64,000 nt of DNA, from sequence record PZ445521.1, one strand, 5' to 3'. The DNA is from a phage. Both the position numbers and the translations under genes were made by a program. The notes below the pieces were generated by a model. That model ran no database searches. It saw nothing but the letters and a program-made list of their open reading frames with translations, and was not told the origin of the DNA. Shown here piece by piece: positions 41,943-51,832 of the stretch (its first letter is position 1; each line of letters begins with the position of its first letter).

Positions 41943-43763
41943 CTACTGGCTCATCCATTCTTTACGAAGGTCAGCATTATCTCCCATGAGCATTTCAAAA
42001 AGCTCTTTCCAGTTCTCAGGAAGTTTAACAACATCATATACTGGATTTTGAATCATCTCACGATATTCAGATTTTTCCAAAGAGCCAAGTCCCTTAATAT
42101 AACGGATGCTATGTTTAGGTAGAGCATCTTTGGCACTCTCATATTCAGCGACTGTATAAAACCATTCTTGTTTTTTACCGACCTGAGCGATGATTACAGG
42201 AGTTTTGACAAAGCGAATTCGTCCTTGCTCAAACAATTCTGGCCAATTACTAAAAAACCCGAGCAGAGAAGGATAAATGCTTCCTAGACCATCATGGTCA
42301 GCATCGGTCATAATAGCAATATTATGATAATTCAAGTTTTCAGCTTTTTCACCAAGAACTAATCCAGTGATTGCGCAAATATCAAACAGTTCTTTGTTTT
42401 TAAGCATATCAGCATATGACATACCCCAACTGTTGAGAACTTTACCACGCAATGGATAACCACCATGAAGTTCTTTATCACGAACATCAATAAGATATCC
42501 GATAGCAGAATCACCCTCAGTCAAGAAAAGAGTAGTATCAGCATCTTTACCACAAAGATTCGCTTTGATATGTTTATGAACCTTAGCTTTAGAAGCCTTT
42601 TTAGCTGCTTTAGTTTCTGCTGCTTTTTCTGCTGCCAATTTACGGGCCAAGGCAGCTTCAATAATCGGCATTAAAATTGCTTCATTATTTAGAATAGCGC
42701 GTGAAATCTTTTTAGCATCAAGTTGAATATGACTACGAATTTCACCAAAAGGAGAAGTAAGTCGTTCTTTAGTTTGAGAATCAAATCGCATGTTTTTCAT
42801 ATCACGGACAAACATAACGATAGTCAAACATTCTTTAACGCGTGCTTTAGTTACATCAATTTTGAACTTACGTTTGATTTGTGGAATAAGGTCTTCACAA
42901 ATATCATCCATAACACAGTCAATGTGATGGCCACCATTCTTAGTGTGAATGTTATTCACATAAGTTAATTGGCGAAATCCATCCGGTGAACGACCAACCG
43001 CAATAGAACAATTTTCTTGTTCTTGAACAATAGCATGTTCATCATACTGTCGTGCATATTTCTTAAAATTGCCCTGAACCTTTTTACCATTAAAGGTAAA
43101 TTGAATATCAGGATAAACAACAGCAAGTGTCTGGAGACGATCTAGTGTAATGTCAAGATAAACTTGGGACAGCTCATTAGTTTCAAATGACATAAAATCA
43201 GGAATGAAAGTAACACGGGTTCCTTTCCATTTTCCTGGAATAGTTTCCCATGATTTATTTTCCATGCCATTTGAACAACGAACTACAATATTATTTTGAC
43301 CATCGCCAGTTTCACCGACAAACATCACAGAAAAAATGTTAGTTAAACTAGAACCAACACCATTCATACCACCGGTGACACGTTCTTTATCATCACCGAA
43401 GTTACCACCCGCTTTTGGAATAGTCCAAGCAGCAACTGGACCAGGAATTTCTTCACCGGTAGGTGTTTTAACCATCGCTTGTGGAATACCGCGACCGTTA
43501 TCTTCAACTGTTACCTGATTATTTTTAATGGTAACATTAATTTTATTCGCGAATTTAAACTTAGTACGAATACCTTCATCGACTGAGTTATCGATAATTT
43601 CATCAATAAGCTTAACAAGACCAGGTACATACTGAACACTTTCCCATTTACCAAACAGAAAGCGCTCATGCATTTCATTAGCAGAAGAGCCAATATACAT
43701 GCCGCTACGCTTTTTGATATGTTCAATATCGCTCAGAATTTTAATTTCATTCTTAATCATCAC
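41943..43763 (-). CDS. 39: DNA topoisomerase II large subunit, unsplit (39 and 60 equivalents in one ORF)
   Basis: 606-aa continuous GyrB-like ORF (GHKL ATPase N-terminus, Toprim region). Confidence 0.9.
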   Translation of the reverse strand: MMIKNEIKILSDIEHIKKRSGMYIGSSANEMHERFLFGKWESVQYVPGLVKLIDEIIDNSVDEGIRTKFKFANKINVTIKNNQVTVEDNGRGIPQAMVKTPTGEEIPGPVAAWTIPKAGGNFGDDKERVTGGMNGVGSSLTNIFSVMFVGETGDGQNNIVVRCSNGMENKSWETIPGKWKGTRVTFIPDFMSFETNELSQVYLDITLDRLQTLAVVYPDIQFTFNGKKVQGNFKKYARQYDEHAIVQEQENCSIAVGRSPDGFRQLTYVNNIHTKNGGHHIDCVMDDICEDLIPQIKRKFKIDVTKARVKECLTIVMFVRDMKNMRFDSQTKERLTSPFGEIRSHIQLDAKKISRAILNNEAILMPIIEAALARKLAAEKAAETKAAKKASKAKVHKHIKANLCGKDADTTLFLTEGDSAIGYLIDVRDKELHGGYPLRGKVLNSWGMSYADMLKNKELFDICAITGLVLGEKAENLNYHNIAIMTDADHDGLGSIYPSLLGFFSNWPELFEQGRIRFVKTPVIIAQVGKKQEWFYTVAEYESAKDALPKHSIRYIKGLGSLEKSEYREMIQNPVYDVVKLPENWKELFEMLMGDNADLRKEWMSQ

Positions 43764-43813
43764 TTATCCTCGTTTGGTTTCGGGAATATTATACTCCAGT
43801 AATCATAAAGCTA

Positions 43814-43829
43814 AAGGCCCGAAGGCCTT
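43814..43829 (-). promoter_or_regulatory. C(UUCG)G stem-loop downstream of lipoprotein ORF
   Basis: aaggcc-cgaa-ggcctt immediately after stop at 43831. Confidence 0.5.
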
Positions 43830-43830
43830 T

Positions 43831-44100
43831 TTATTTAAAACGAATAGTTGAATCCTTAAAGAACAGCCCAGAACATACTGTTCCTTCTACTTTCTGCCCG
43901 GTAGGTCCAACAGCACGAAATCCAGTATGTTGGAAATCATTTTCAGAGCAACCGAACCAGTTATATCCAGTGATTTCAATATTCGTAAAACCACTCGATG
44001 ATAAAATTTTAGTTGCATTATCAGCATCAGTACATCCTACTAAAGATACTGCTAATACTAATGCTGCGATAGAACGATTAACATATTTCATAATTTTCAC
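43831..44100 (-). CDS. putative lipoprotein (39.1 position)
   Basis: Signal peptide with LVGC lipobox (MKIMKYVNRSIAALVLAVSLVGC). Confidence 0.55.
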   Translation of the reverse strand: MKIMKYVNRSIAALVLAVSLVGCTDADNATKILSSSGFTNIEITGYNWFGCSENDFQHTGFRAVGPTGQKVEGTVCSGLFFKDSTIRFK

Positions 44101-44468
44101 TTAAATTTAATGGCTTGAAGGAGACTAATAATTCTTAAACGGCTTCTTTCATCTTTAACTGTAAAAGAAAGAGGATCGCCAGATTTCATAGTGATAGTGC
44201 ATTCAAAATCAAAATCTTCGGAAACTTCTTTGAAGAAGTCAAATTCTTCATCATAAATTAGAACATTACTCTGACAACTATGAAGAATTTTTCCATCATT
44301 TCCAGATGCTGTACTAATCATTGTAACATTATGACCTTTCATATCTTCAACGATAAATTCACTAGTCAATATTACAGCATTAATAGAACTATTCCTATTA
44401 CTAGCAGAAAGTAGATATTTCTGTTCTTCACCTTCACGAATGCGATATTTCTTACCAATTTTAAACAT
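44097..44468 (-). CDS. hypothetical protein (39.2 position)
   Basis: ORF track. Confidence 0.5.
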   Translation of the reverse strand: MFKIGKKYRIREGEEQKYLLSASNRNSSINAVILTSEFIVEDMKGHNVTMISTASGNDGKILHSCQSNVLIYDEEFDFFKEVSEDFDFECTITMKSGDPLSFTVKDERSRLRIISLLQAIKFK

Positions 44469-44470
44469 AA

Positions 44471-44647
44471 TTACCCTTTAAGTAAGTCGTAAAAACCACC
44501 ATTCACATGCTTAGGAGCAGAAGGCCGACGAGTAGACAAACGATGACATTTAGGGCAAACATCATTTTCTCGTTCAGAAATCTTTTTAATTTTTTCATAT
44601 TCATGCCCGCAATCTTCGGATTGGCATTTATAATCATACATTGGCAT
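44471..44647 (-). CDS. small zinc-ribbon protein (58 aa), not in ORF track
   Basis: MPMYDYKCQSEDCGHEYEKIKKISERENDVCPKCHRL.. with CxxC...CPKC. Confidence 0.5.
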   Translation of the reverse strand: MPMYDYKCQSEDCGHEYEKIKKISERENDVCPKCHRLSTRRPSAPKHVNGGFYDLLKG

Positions 44648-44649
44648 AA

Positions 44650-45075
44650 TTATTCCTTAAAGTGTGCTTTCAACATTTGATACAAGGACCATGCCTGTTC
44701 ATTATTTTCAATAGTAACTTTCATGACAGGAAATTCTGTGAAATCTTCTATTTGTTCTTGCTCTTTCTCTTCCTGCTCTTGCTCTTCAGCTGCCTGGTAT
44801 GGATTTTCAACTTCATCAAAGAATTCAGCTTCGCTAGTAGAAAGCCAAATAAAATCTTCATCCAAAATATCTTTACCGGAGGATAATGCCAATCTTCCAG
44901 TAGATGACATAATTTTAGTTGGACGACCAAGATAGTCAATATCTATAACTTTAAAAGGTTCCATACCTAAACGTCGTGCATAAATTCCGTTTTCAGTATG
45001 GTCTTTAATAAAAGCTTCTTGAGCTTGTTTATTTTTAAATTGATACCATTTATTAACTTCAAATCTAATAGCCAT
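44650..45075 (-). CDS. goF: acidic protein, possibly GoF (comC-alpha) homolog
   Basis: 141-aa ORF in the T4 goF position; assignment by size and synteny only. Confidence 0.45.
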   Translation of the reverse strand: MAIRFEVNKWYQFKNKQAQEAFIKDHTENGIYARRLGMEPFKVIDIDYLGRPTKIMSSTGRLALSSGKDILDEDFIWLSTSEAEFFDEVENPYQAAEEQEQEEKEQEQIEDFTEFPVMKVTIENNEQAWSLYQMLKAHFKE

Positions 45076-45290
45076 TAATAAATTTCCTTCCAGTAAGTTG
45101 TACCGTCTTCAGTGATTTCACGGAATACACCGTAAATCGGTTGTTTATCACCAACCTTTTCATACACATAAACCGAAGTCAAGTGAGTAAACTTGATGGT
45201 GTGTTCCTTTTGAACTACTACCAAATCTGGATTGAATAATACATCTTCAAATTCGTCATTAGTGCAGTTCTGAACAATTTTACGTTTCAT
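45075..45290 (-). CDS. cef: possible Cef (tRNA processing modifier) homolog
   Basis: 71-aa ORF in T4 cef position; assignment by size and synteny only. Confidence 0.45.
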   Translation of the reverse strand: MKRKIVQNCTNDEFEDVLFNPDLVVVQKEHTIKFTHLTSVYVYEKVGDKQPIYGVFREITEDGTTYWKEIY

Positions 45291-45303
45291 TACAATTTCC
45301 TCA

Positions 45304-45573
45304 TTAATTGAACAGTGGAGCGATGCGTTTCAGAAGAGTAGCAGCACCTTTGGCAAATTTTACATCATGAAAAACAGTTTCTTCTTCCGTTACAACACGA
45401 GCTTTAATGTTTTCACAATCCCAATTTTTGCGAACAATCTTCAAAAGCTGCAGTAAATCTTTACATTCAGCAATATCAATAACACATCCACGAGAATCTT
45501 CCATTATCGCACGATAACCGTAAGCCATACCATAATCATTAAAAGATTGCTCGATGATAATTAAGTTTTCCAT
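45304..45573 (-). CDS. hypothetical protein; start trimmed to ATG (track start is TTG)
   Basis: ggagaataaaATG context identical to the 37382 start. Confidence 0.5.
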   Translation of the reverse strand: MENLIIIEQSFNDYGMAYGYRAIMEDSRGCVIDIAECKDLLQLLKIVRKNWDCENIKARVVTEEETVFHDVKFAKGAATLLKRIAPLFN

Positions 45574-45670
45574 TTTATTCTCCAAGTTATTTTCTGTATC
45601 AGTAGTTGATATTGATATAGTACCATAATCAACTACTGATGTATATAGTTTTATGAAAAAATTTTAAACT

Positions 45671-46162
45671 TTATGCATAGCGAGCTTTGCTGTAGTGTTT
45701 AATCCAACTTTCAGGAATGACTTTGTATGTTCCTAAAAATACCGCGTTGTATAACTTAACGCCATCTTCTACCCATTGATCGGTAATGTATGCACACATA
45801 GCGCGAGTACGGTTAACAACACCTTCCTCACCTTCAGTAAATTCAAACTCATAAGGAGCAACGAACTTGATAGCTTGACCGAGTTTCCACTTAAAGTCTA
45901 CACCTACATGCGAAGTATCAATCGTTTCAATTCCTTTAGCGGGAACAGCTTTCAAAAACGCAGGCTCAAGAAATTTCCATCGAACATAACCAAACTGAGG
46001 TTTAGACATTCCATCTTTAGGAATGATACGCACTTTTACTTCAGAATCTTCATCTTTAACACCATGTTTAAGCTGAATGCTTACGACTTCAACCAATTTT
46101 CCTGCTGCCTTAGAACGGGATTTATCAGATACACGAGCAATTTCACCGATATTAATATTCAT
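45671..46162 (-). CDS. motB: MotB-like protein
   Basis: 163-aa ORF in T4 motB position. Confidence 0.6.
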   Translation of the reverse strand: MNINIGEIARVSDKSRSKAAGKLVEVVSIQLKHGVKDEDSEVKVRIIPKDGMSKPQFGYVRWKFLEPAFLKAVPAKGIETIDTSHVGVDFKWKLGQAIKFVAPYEFEFTEGEEGVVNRTRAMCAYITDQWVEDGVKLYNAVFLGTYKVIPESWIKHYSKARYA

Positions 46163-46235
46163 AATTATCTCTCACTTGTTAAAAAGATTTTATACTCCAC
46201 AGGACCATTATACTCTGGTCCCAAGAGTTTGTAAA

Positions 46236-46739
46236 CTAGCTTACACGAACATTAATCACTGCGCTACGAGGAACTACAGAGTATTCTCCAGCATGAACTA
46301 CGTTCAGAAGTTCAACGCCATCTTCAATCCACTGGTCAGTTACCCAACCACCGACCGGATTCGCGAATGGACGACGAATGTAAACCGCCTTACACAACAA
46401 ATCAGTCGGGTCTTCAATTTTTTCAACTGGTGCCACATACATAGAAACTAAATCCATATCAATATGGAATTTTTCCTGTTCTTCTTTTTCAATTTCTGTC
46501 AATAGACTAAAATCTTTTTCATAAATAATAAGCGATGACACCATTCCATAATAGTTTCTAATTTCAATATACATCATGCCGATAAGAATTCCGCTATTAA
46601 CACTAATAACAGTAAAAGGATATCCGCCAGTTAAAGCAAGAAGTTCACAAAACTTATTATGAGCTGTATTAGACAGTACCGGAAAATTCTTAATTTCATC
46701 AAATTTTTTCAATTGATAAACAGCATTATTTTTAATCAT
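46236..46739 (-). CDS. hypothetical protein, paralog of the MotB-like C-terminal domain
   Basis: Shares DQW(V/I)EDGV(K/E)L.N.V..G.Y.V.P motif with 45671..46162. Confidence 0.55.
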   Translation of the reverse strand: MIKNNAVYQLKKFDEIKNFPVLSNTAHNKFCELLALTGGYPFTVISVNSGILIGMMYIEIRNYYGMVSSLIIYEKDFSLLTEIEKEEQEKFHIDMDLVSMYVAPVEKIEDPTDLLCKAVYIRRPFANPVGGWVTDQWIEDGVELLNVVHAGEYSVVPRSAVINVRVS

Positions 46740-46749
46740 AATTTTCTCT

Positions 46750-47253
46750 TTAATCTAAGGTAATAAAGCCTTTTAGTTCGGCATGAGATTTGCGGAACAT
46801 TACTTGATGCCCGCCAACGATAACTTGGTCATCTGGTACTTCGTATACAGCAAGATAAAATCCTTTAGAAGCTAATTCTTCACGCTCTTCTCGTGTGAAC
46901 CATCTCATCATATCATATTCGCTAGCGAAAGCAAAATGATAAAGAGCTATAAACCATCCTGGAATATAGTGATCTACGCCTACATATTCTTCTTTCTCAA
47001 AATTAGTATTAATTGCTATATTAGCATTTTTAACTAATAATTTGTCTTCATGCGGCACAGGAATTCTTTTATTATCATTACTATGATGCATAAAATTGGG
47101 TCTGTCATAACCTACGCGTAATAACCACTCTTCACTCCATGAATCTATTATACTCCTGTACGGAGTTATTTGAACACAAAGATCTCGACGTATTGTTATA
47201 GCATCTTCATAATTAAGAATACTAAACGATGATTCAACACGATAAATTTTCAT
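46750..47253 (-). CDS. hypothetical protein
   Basis: ORF track, 167 aa. Confidence 0.5.
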   Translation of the reverse strand: MKIYRVESSFSILNYEDAITIRRDLCVQITPYRSIIDSWSEEWLLRVGYDRPNFMHHSNDNKRIPVPHEDKLLVKNANIAINTNFEKEEYVGVDHYIPGWFIALYHFAFASEYDMMRWFTREEREELASKGFYLAVYEVPDDQVIVGGHQVMFRKSHAELKGFITLD

Positions 47254-47316
47254 TTTATTATCCTCAGTAGCTATGGTGTTATAATACCATAACTAACCGA
47301 GGAAGTAAACAACTTT

Positions 47317-48000
47317 TTATCGTTTTGTTGGAAGAGATAGAGGATCGCACTCTTCCTCTGACGGAGCATCTTCAAGACCCATAGCATAGCGCAAAGCATA
47401 CTTCATCATCAGGATGTCTTTCGCACAGTCATGAATAGAATCATGCGCAACGAATCCATCTAAAGTTCCTTTTGGAAGAGGACACGTGGTCATATCACGA
47501 ACAAGGAGAAGTGCTTCAATTCTGGTACGAATATCACGCTGATTCCAAAATTTACAAGGTTCTAACTTAAATGTATCAAGCTCATTCTCGGAAACGCCGT
47601 TAAGACGTTGAATATCGCGAATGAGATCGACTAAAATTGGAAAATCAAAAGACATTCCACGGCACCAGCCTTGAGATTTCCAAGGATCGATATTATGCGC
47701 ATTGATGTAATCATTAAATTTTGCAATACCATCGATAGTGCTTACATCTTCATCTGATGGCGCAATATTTTTTCGAGCTTCAGGAGATTGATTCTTCCAC
47801 CATTCGATAGTGCTTTTAGTAAAAAGACGATGTCCTTTTTGGCTTTTTAAATCAAATTTGATTTTAATGCCACGTGAAACTAATTCATCAAATGTTTCAA
47901 CGACTTCTGGATTAGGGTCAAAAGCAATTACAGCCAAATCAATAACAGCTGCTTTTTCACCGCTTCCCATTGTTTCAAAATCTATAATAAAATCAAACAT
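47317..48000 (-). CDS. dexA: exonuclease A (DnaQ-like 3'-5' exonuclease)
   Basis: 227-aa ORF MFDFIIDFETMGSGEKAAVIDLAVIAF.. (DEDD exo motif). Confidence 0.85.
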   Translation of the reverse strand: MFDFIIDFETMGSGEKAAVIDLAVIAFDPNPEVVETFDELVSRGIKIKFDLKSQKGHRLFTKSTIEWWKNQSPEARKNIAPSDEDVSTIDGIAKFNDYINAHNIDPWKSQGWCRGMSFDFPILVDLIRDIQRLNGVSENELDTFKLEPCKFWNQRDIRTRIEALLLVRDMTTCPLPKGTLDGFVAHDSIHDCAKDILMMKYALRYAMGLEDAPSEEECDPLSLPTKR

Positions 48001-48275
48001 TAAATTTTCCTTGCTAAATCGCGAATTTGACCTACAGTATAATCTTGGATATAAACTTTATTAATAGGCTCATCAATAAATTTTGCCATAGATTCAATAT
48101 CTTTTTGTATCTCTTCAAGACTGTATACTATCTTTAAAGCTTTTTCGCGAATAGTAATATTTTCAGGACTAGAATTTTCCTCAATGACAGCTTTAACATT
48201 TGTCATAAGAGATTTAAACTGATGCAAACTTAATTCAATCATTAATAACCGCCTTATAAAGATGGCTAATTTCAC
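48000..48275 (-). CDS. hypothetical small protein (paralog array member 1)
   Basis: ORF track; shares LEEI(Q/E)(K/R)D...DY(T/V)(V/L)G(Q/E)I motif with next ORF. Confidence 0.45.
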   Translation of the reverse strand: MKLAIFIRRLLMIELSLHQFKSLMTNVKAVIEENSSPENITIREKALKIVYSLEEIQKDIESMAKFIDEPINKVYIQDYTVGQIRDLARKI

Positions 48276-48495
48276 CTAAAACATAATCACTGATTGTGAC
48301 AGTTTTCACTTCACCACAAAAGAATTCTAACGCAATTAAATCTCGTTCAATTTCTTCTAATTGAAGCATTAACTTGCCAGATTCAATTTTTACATTTCTA
48401 CGATTTTTACTATAAGCTATTTCATAAATTTCGCTCACTTTATCTTGAAGCAGATAAAACTGGTCTTTAGTTATTTCCACGAATAGCTTCCTCAA
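48235..48495 (-). CDS. hypothetical small protein (paralog array member 2)
   Basis: ORF track. Confidence 0.45.
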   Translation of the reverse strand: MRKLFVEITKDQFYLLQDKVSEIYEIAYSKNRRNVKIESGKLMLQLEEIERDLIALEFFCGEVKTVTISDYVLGEISHLYKAVIND

Positions 48496-48727
48496 ATTTA
48501 ATTAGTAATTTACAGACACTTTCATCTAGTGTAATTACCGTATCTGTATTACTGTGATATGATTGTTTTTCAATTCGTTTAATTGCTAATATAGTATCAC
48601 TTATAAGATAAAGCTTATGAAGGAGCTCAGCTCCTGTTACCATAACATCGAGATTATCTTGCTTATTAGTATGCTTCCTTATACCATCTATTAGACGATT
48701 TAAATATTTTGAATTAATGTTAATCAT
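48467..48727 (-). CDS. hypothetical small protein (paralog array member 3)
   Basis: ORF track. Confidence 0.45.
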   Translation of the reverse strand: MININSKYLNRLIDGIRKHTNKQDNLDVMVTGAELLHKLYLISDTILAIKRIEKQSYHSNTDTVITLDESVCKLLIKFEEAIRGNN

Positions 48728-48733
48728 ATAGCC

Positions 48734-50053
48734 TCACACATAAAACACATCATAACGACCACGTGTTACACCAACATAAAGAAGCTGCTGAGCTAGTTCA
48801 GCATCTGCATAATGAATACAAGGCGTATAAATGAAAGCACGGTCTACAGACATACCCTGGGCTTTATGGAATGTTGATGCAGGAAGTGCTTTCACTTTAC
48901 TAAACTGTGATTTAGCATCCCAAAAATCACTCCACGGAGCCTTTCCGCCTTTATTCCAATTTTTATAAGTTTCTGCCGTTTTACCTAAAAACAGGTTAAA
49001 CTTATATAGCTCTTCATCAGATGAAATTATTTTAATCTTTTCACGATAATATTCATCATCGCCGTAAGTTTCTACTGTTAAATCCCAATGACGAATTAAG
49101 TATTCTCCAGGAACACCACGAGCTTTAACAAACGTTGATGTATACTCTGCTTCTATAATACGAACTAATTGTCCATTATTAAAAATAATTTCTGATACCG
49201 GTTTTCCGTCAATTTTATACGTTTTAATTAACGGTTCTTGCATTACAATAATTTCACCGACAATAAAGTCTTTATCAGTTTCAAAAATCTTTTTGCGAAT
49301 AATATTGTTTAACTTATCAACAGATTTATTCGTAAATGCCATTACGCGATTTTCAAACAAATCATCTAATGATTTTACGATTGAAAAATAATTTACCATA
49401 AAATCACGTAAAGCGGTATCACCAGTAAATCCACGTACTCCATGCCCGTCAACAACTTTATCATAAATCCACTTACCGTTGCGAACATCAGTAGCTACAT
49501 CAATAATAGGAGCATTACTGCGTTTAACTTCAGTAAGTTCACACTGATAAAAATCTTTGTGTGTAAAGAATGGACTGATATAAGCAGTATTTTCTCCTGG
49601 GTCAACAGGTCTAATTTGCTTATTATCGCCTATTCCAATTATAGTACACCACGGTGGAATAGTTGAAAGCAAAATTTTGAAGAGCTTTCTATCATACATT
49701 GACACTTCGTCGCAGATTAATACCCTGCATTTAGCTAAATCTGGTACTTCCTTCTGTTCAAAAAGAACGTTTTCTTCATACGTAACTGGGTTAATTTTAA
49801 GAATACTGTGAATAGTACTCGCTTCTTTCCCTGACAGTTTTGAAAGAATCTTTTTAGCTGCATGAGTAGGAGCTGCTAAAATAATACCAGTTTCACCCGT
49901 AGATATTAAAGCTTCAATGATGAATTTTGTAAGAGTAGTCTTACCAGTACCAGCAGGTCCATTAATAGTTACATGATGTTTCTTTTCTTTAATAGCCCTC
50001 ATAACGATGTTAAAGGCATTTTTCTGGCCTTCTGTCAAATCATCAAATGTCAT
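48734..50053 (-). CDS. dda: Dda DNA helicase (SF1)
   Basis: 439-aa ORF with Walker A GPAGTGKTT; matches T4 Dda. Confidence 0.9.
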   Translation of the reverse strand: MTFDDLTEGQKNAFNIVMRAIKEKKHHVTINGPAGTGKTTLTKFIIEALISTGETGIILAAPTHAAKKILSKLSGKEASTIHSILKINPVTYEENVLFEQKEVPDLAKCRVLICDEVSMYDRKLFKILLSTIPPWCTIIGIGDNKQIRPVDPGENTAYISPFFTHKDFYQCELTEVKRSNAPIIDVATDVRNGKWIYDKVVDGHGVRGFTGDTALRDFMVNYFSIVKSLDDLFENRVMAFTNKSVDKLNNIIRKKIFETDKDFIVGEIIVMQEPLIKTYKIDGKPVSEIIFNNGQLVRIIEAEYTSTFVKARGVPGEYLIRHWDLTVETYGDDEYYREKIKIISSDEELYKFNLFLGKTAETYKNWNKGGKAPWSDFWDAKSQFSKVKALPASTFHKAQGMSVDRAFIYTPCIHYADAELAQQLLYVGVTRGRYDVFYV

Positions 50054-50361
50054 CGGAAAGTCCCTGCAATTGGAATACTAACAATACGCCCAGTATCTAG
50101 AATTCGTTGATATAATCTTTGTGTATCTACATCAGGCTTAACATGTTTAACTTCTATTTTATTAAACCAAAACTTGCGTGGAGTCTCAACTAGTCTTGGA
50201 ATTCCCATACCTAAAGCTAGTTTATATTGGTCTTTGAGAGTAGTAAAAACTCTATCAGCAATCTCTCTTTCAAAAAACACAGCAGGACGATGTTCATCAA
50301 GTGGAACTGGCGCCGTAAATCCGTCTTTGTCTCGGTAAACTATCGCGTATACATAAACCAT
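50050..50361 (-). CDS. hypothetical protein (dda.1 position)
   Basis: ORF track; ATGA overlap with dda. Confidence 0.5.
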   Translation of the reverse strand: MVYVYAIVYRDKDGFTAPVPLDEHRPAVFFEREIADRVFTTLKDQYKLALGMGIPRLVETPRKFWFNKIEVKHVKPDVDTQRLYQRILDTGRIVSIPIAGTFR

Positions 50362-50362
50362 A

Positions 50363-51109
50363 TTATCCTCGGATAAGTTTAAACATTGAACAATTTAGCG
50401 GGTATCCTCTTTTCAGTTTAAGTTTATCAATAAAAGACAAATTTTGATACCGCTCTACACCTTGAATAATTTTATCACACATATCATATTGCATTTCTGC
50501 TTCTGACAGCTTTTTCACAATTTTCCAATCCGAGCCTTTAAGAAGAACGTTCAATTTAACAACTTCAGCGCCTTCTGCTATGCGAGAACCATCAATACGT
50601 GCTTTAAGTGCTATAATCCTTAGCTTAATGTCAGAGGTCTGTTTTGATTTAGAAAGCTGAGAAATGTGTTCAATTCGGTTTTCACGTTTTTTCTGTATAG
50701 CTTTAATTTGATTATAAGTCTTTTTGATTTTAGCCCATTTCTTTTCATCTAAATTTAGTTTATGAACTTTTTTCGCAGATGAACGACCAATTCGCAAAGC
50801 AAACAAATCACGTTTTTCAATTAACTCCTCTAAAGTATAATCAGAACGAAATGTATTATACTTTTTCTTTACTGCAATAACATTCCCTTTAATGTATCCA
50901 ATGTTATTATCAAAACGTTCTAATGATAATTTCTCTCCTTCAATACGATTATCAAAAGGTTCTCCTGAATAGGCACAAACTTTTTGATCTAAAATATTCT
51001 TAATGTAATTGAAGTCTAAGTTAAAATCTTTAGAACGTCTTTTTGCAGATGCCTGAGTGTGCTCTAAACGACGTTTAATTTTACGAATTTGATTATTAGA
51101 CAGTTTCAT
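50363..51109 (-). CDS. srd: possible Srd homolog
   Basis: 248-aa basic ORF in the T4 srd position; synteny and size only. Confidence 0.45.
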   Translation of the reverse strand: MKLSNNQIRKIKRRLEHTQASAKRRSKDFNLDFNYIKNILDQKVCAYSGEPFDNRIEGEKLSLERFDNNIGYIKGNVIAVKKKYNTFRSDYTLEELIEKRDLFALRIGRSSAKKVHKLNLDEKKWAKIKKTYNQIKAIQKKRENRIEHISQLSKSKQTSDIKLRIIALKARIDGSRIAEGAEVVKLNVLLKGSDWKIVKKLSEAEMQYDMCDKIIQGVERYQNLSFIDKLKLKRGYPLNCSMFKLIRG

Positions 51110-51229
51110 ATTTTCTCACATCTTACGGACGATTGACTACTATATTATAACATTTTTACCTTGGCTTGTAAACAATTTTATGAAAAATGCTTCAAAAATT
51201 TCATGGTATAATGAATCTAAGTCCTTCCG

Positions 51230-51832
51230 TTATAGATTAAATCCTTCAAAATCAAGAGTATAGATAGTATATGTTGAATACTTTTTATACTCATATCTAT
51301 CTGCAATTCTAAATACACTTCCAGCTGGTATCATTACTTCTTGTTCATCTGAAACTAATTCCATATTACGATAACGATGGCTATCCGGAAACTTAAAGTT
51401 TGGATTGTATTCTTTACAGCGTAGAGCTTTTATAGCATACTCCTGGAAATTGAATACCATAGGAGCTTTGAATTCAAAAATAACTTGTGTGTTATACTCT
51501 AAACCAGAAGCAAAATGTAGAGCTATATTTTTATCATATGAAGCTGATACTACTTTATCAAATGTAATAATATCAATTCCTTGATTTAACACCTGCTTAG
51601 TCTCAGCTGGAACACCTCTCCAAAGAGGTTTATCGTTTGGAACCAAACGAGATTTGATTATTTCATTTAACCAAGAATGATCGTCTGGTTTATTAGTAAT
51701 ACAATGAATTAAAAGTTCAATTTCAGATAAATTAAACCCTTCAGAAAGTAATTCTTCACGAATAGAAGCACGCACCGATGCATCCATTGATTTTATTTTA
51801 AAATCTTTTAGTTGCATTACTGAGTATTTCAT
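51230..51832 (-). CDS. modA: ADP-ribosyltransferase ModA
   Basis: 200-aa ORF with R...S-x-S/T...EQE ART motif (EQEVMIPAG). Confidence 0.7.
   Translation of the reverse strand: MKYSVMQLKDFKIKSMDASVRASIREELLSEGFNLSEIELLIHCITNKPDDHSWLNEIIKSRLVPNDKPLWRGVPAETKQVLNQGIDIITFDKVVSASYDKNIALHFASGLEYNTQVIFEFKAPMVFNFQEYAIKALRCKEYNPNFKFPDSHRYRNMELVSDEQEVMIPAGSVFRIADRYEYKKYSTYTIYTLDFEGFNL

Noticed and set aside
43814-43829. Hairpin followed by T-run on the plus strand as a plus-strand terminator
   Set aside because: All flanking genes are on the minus strand; more likely an intercistronic UUCG hairpin of the minus transcript
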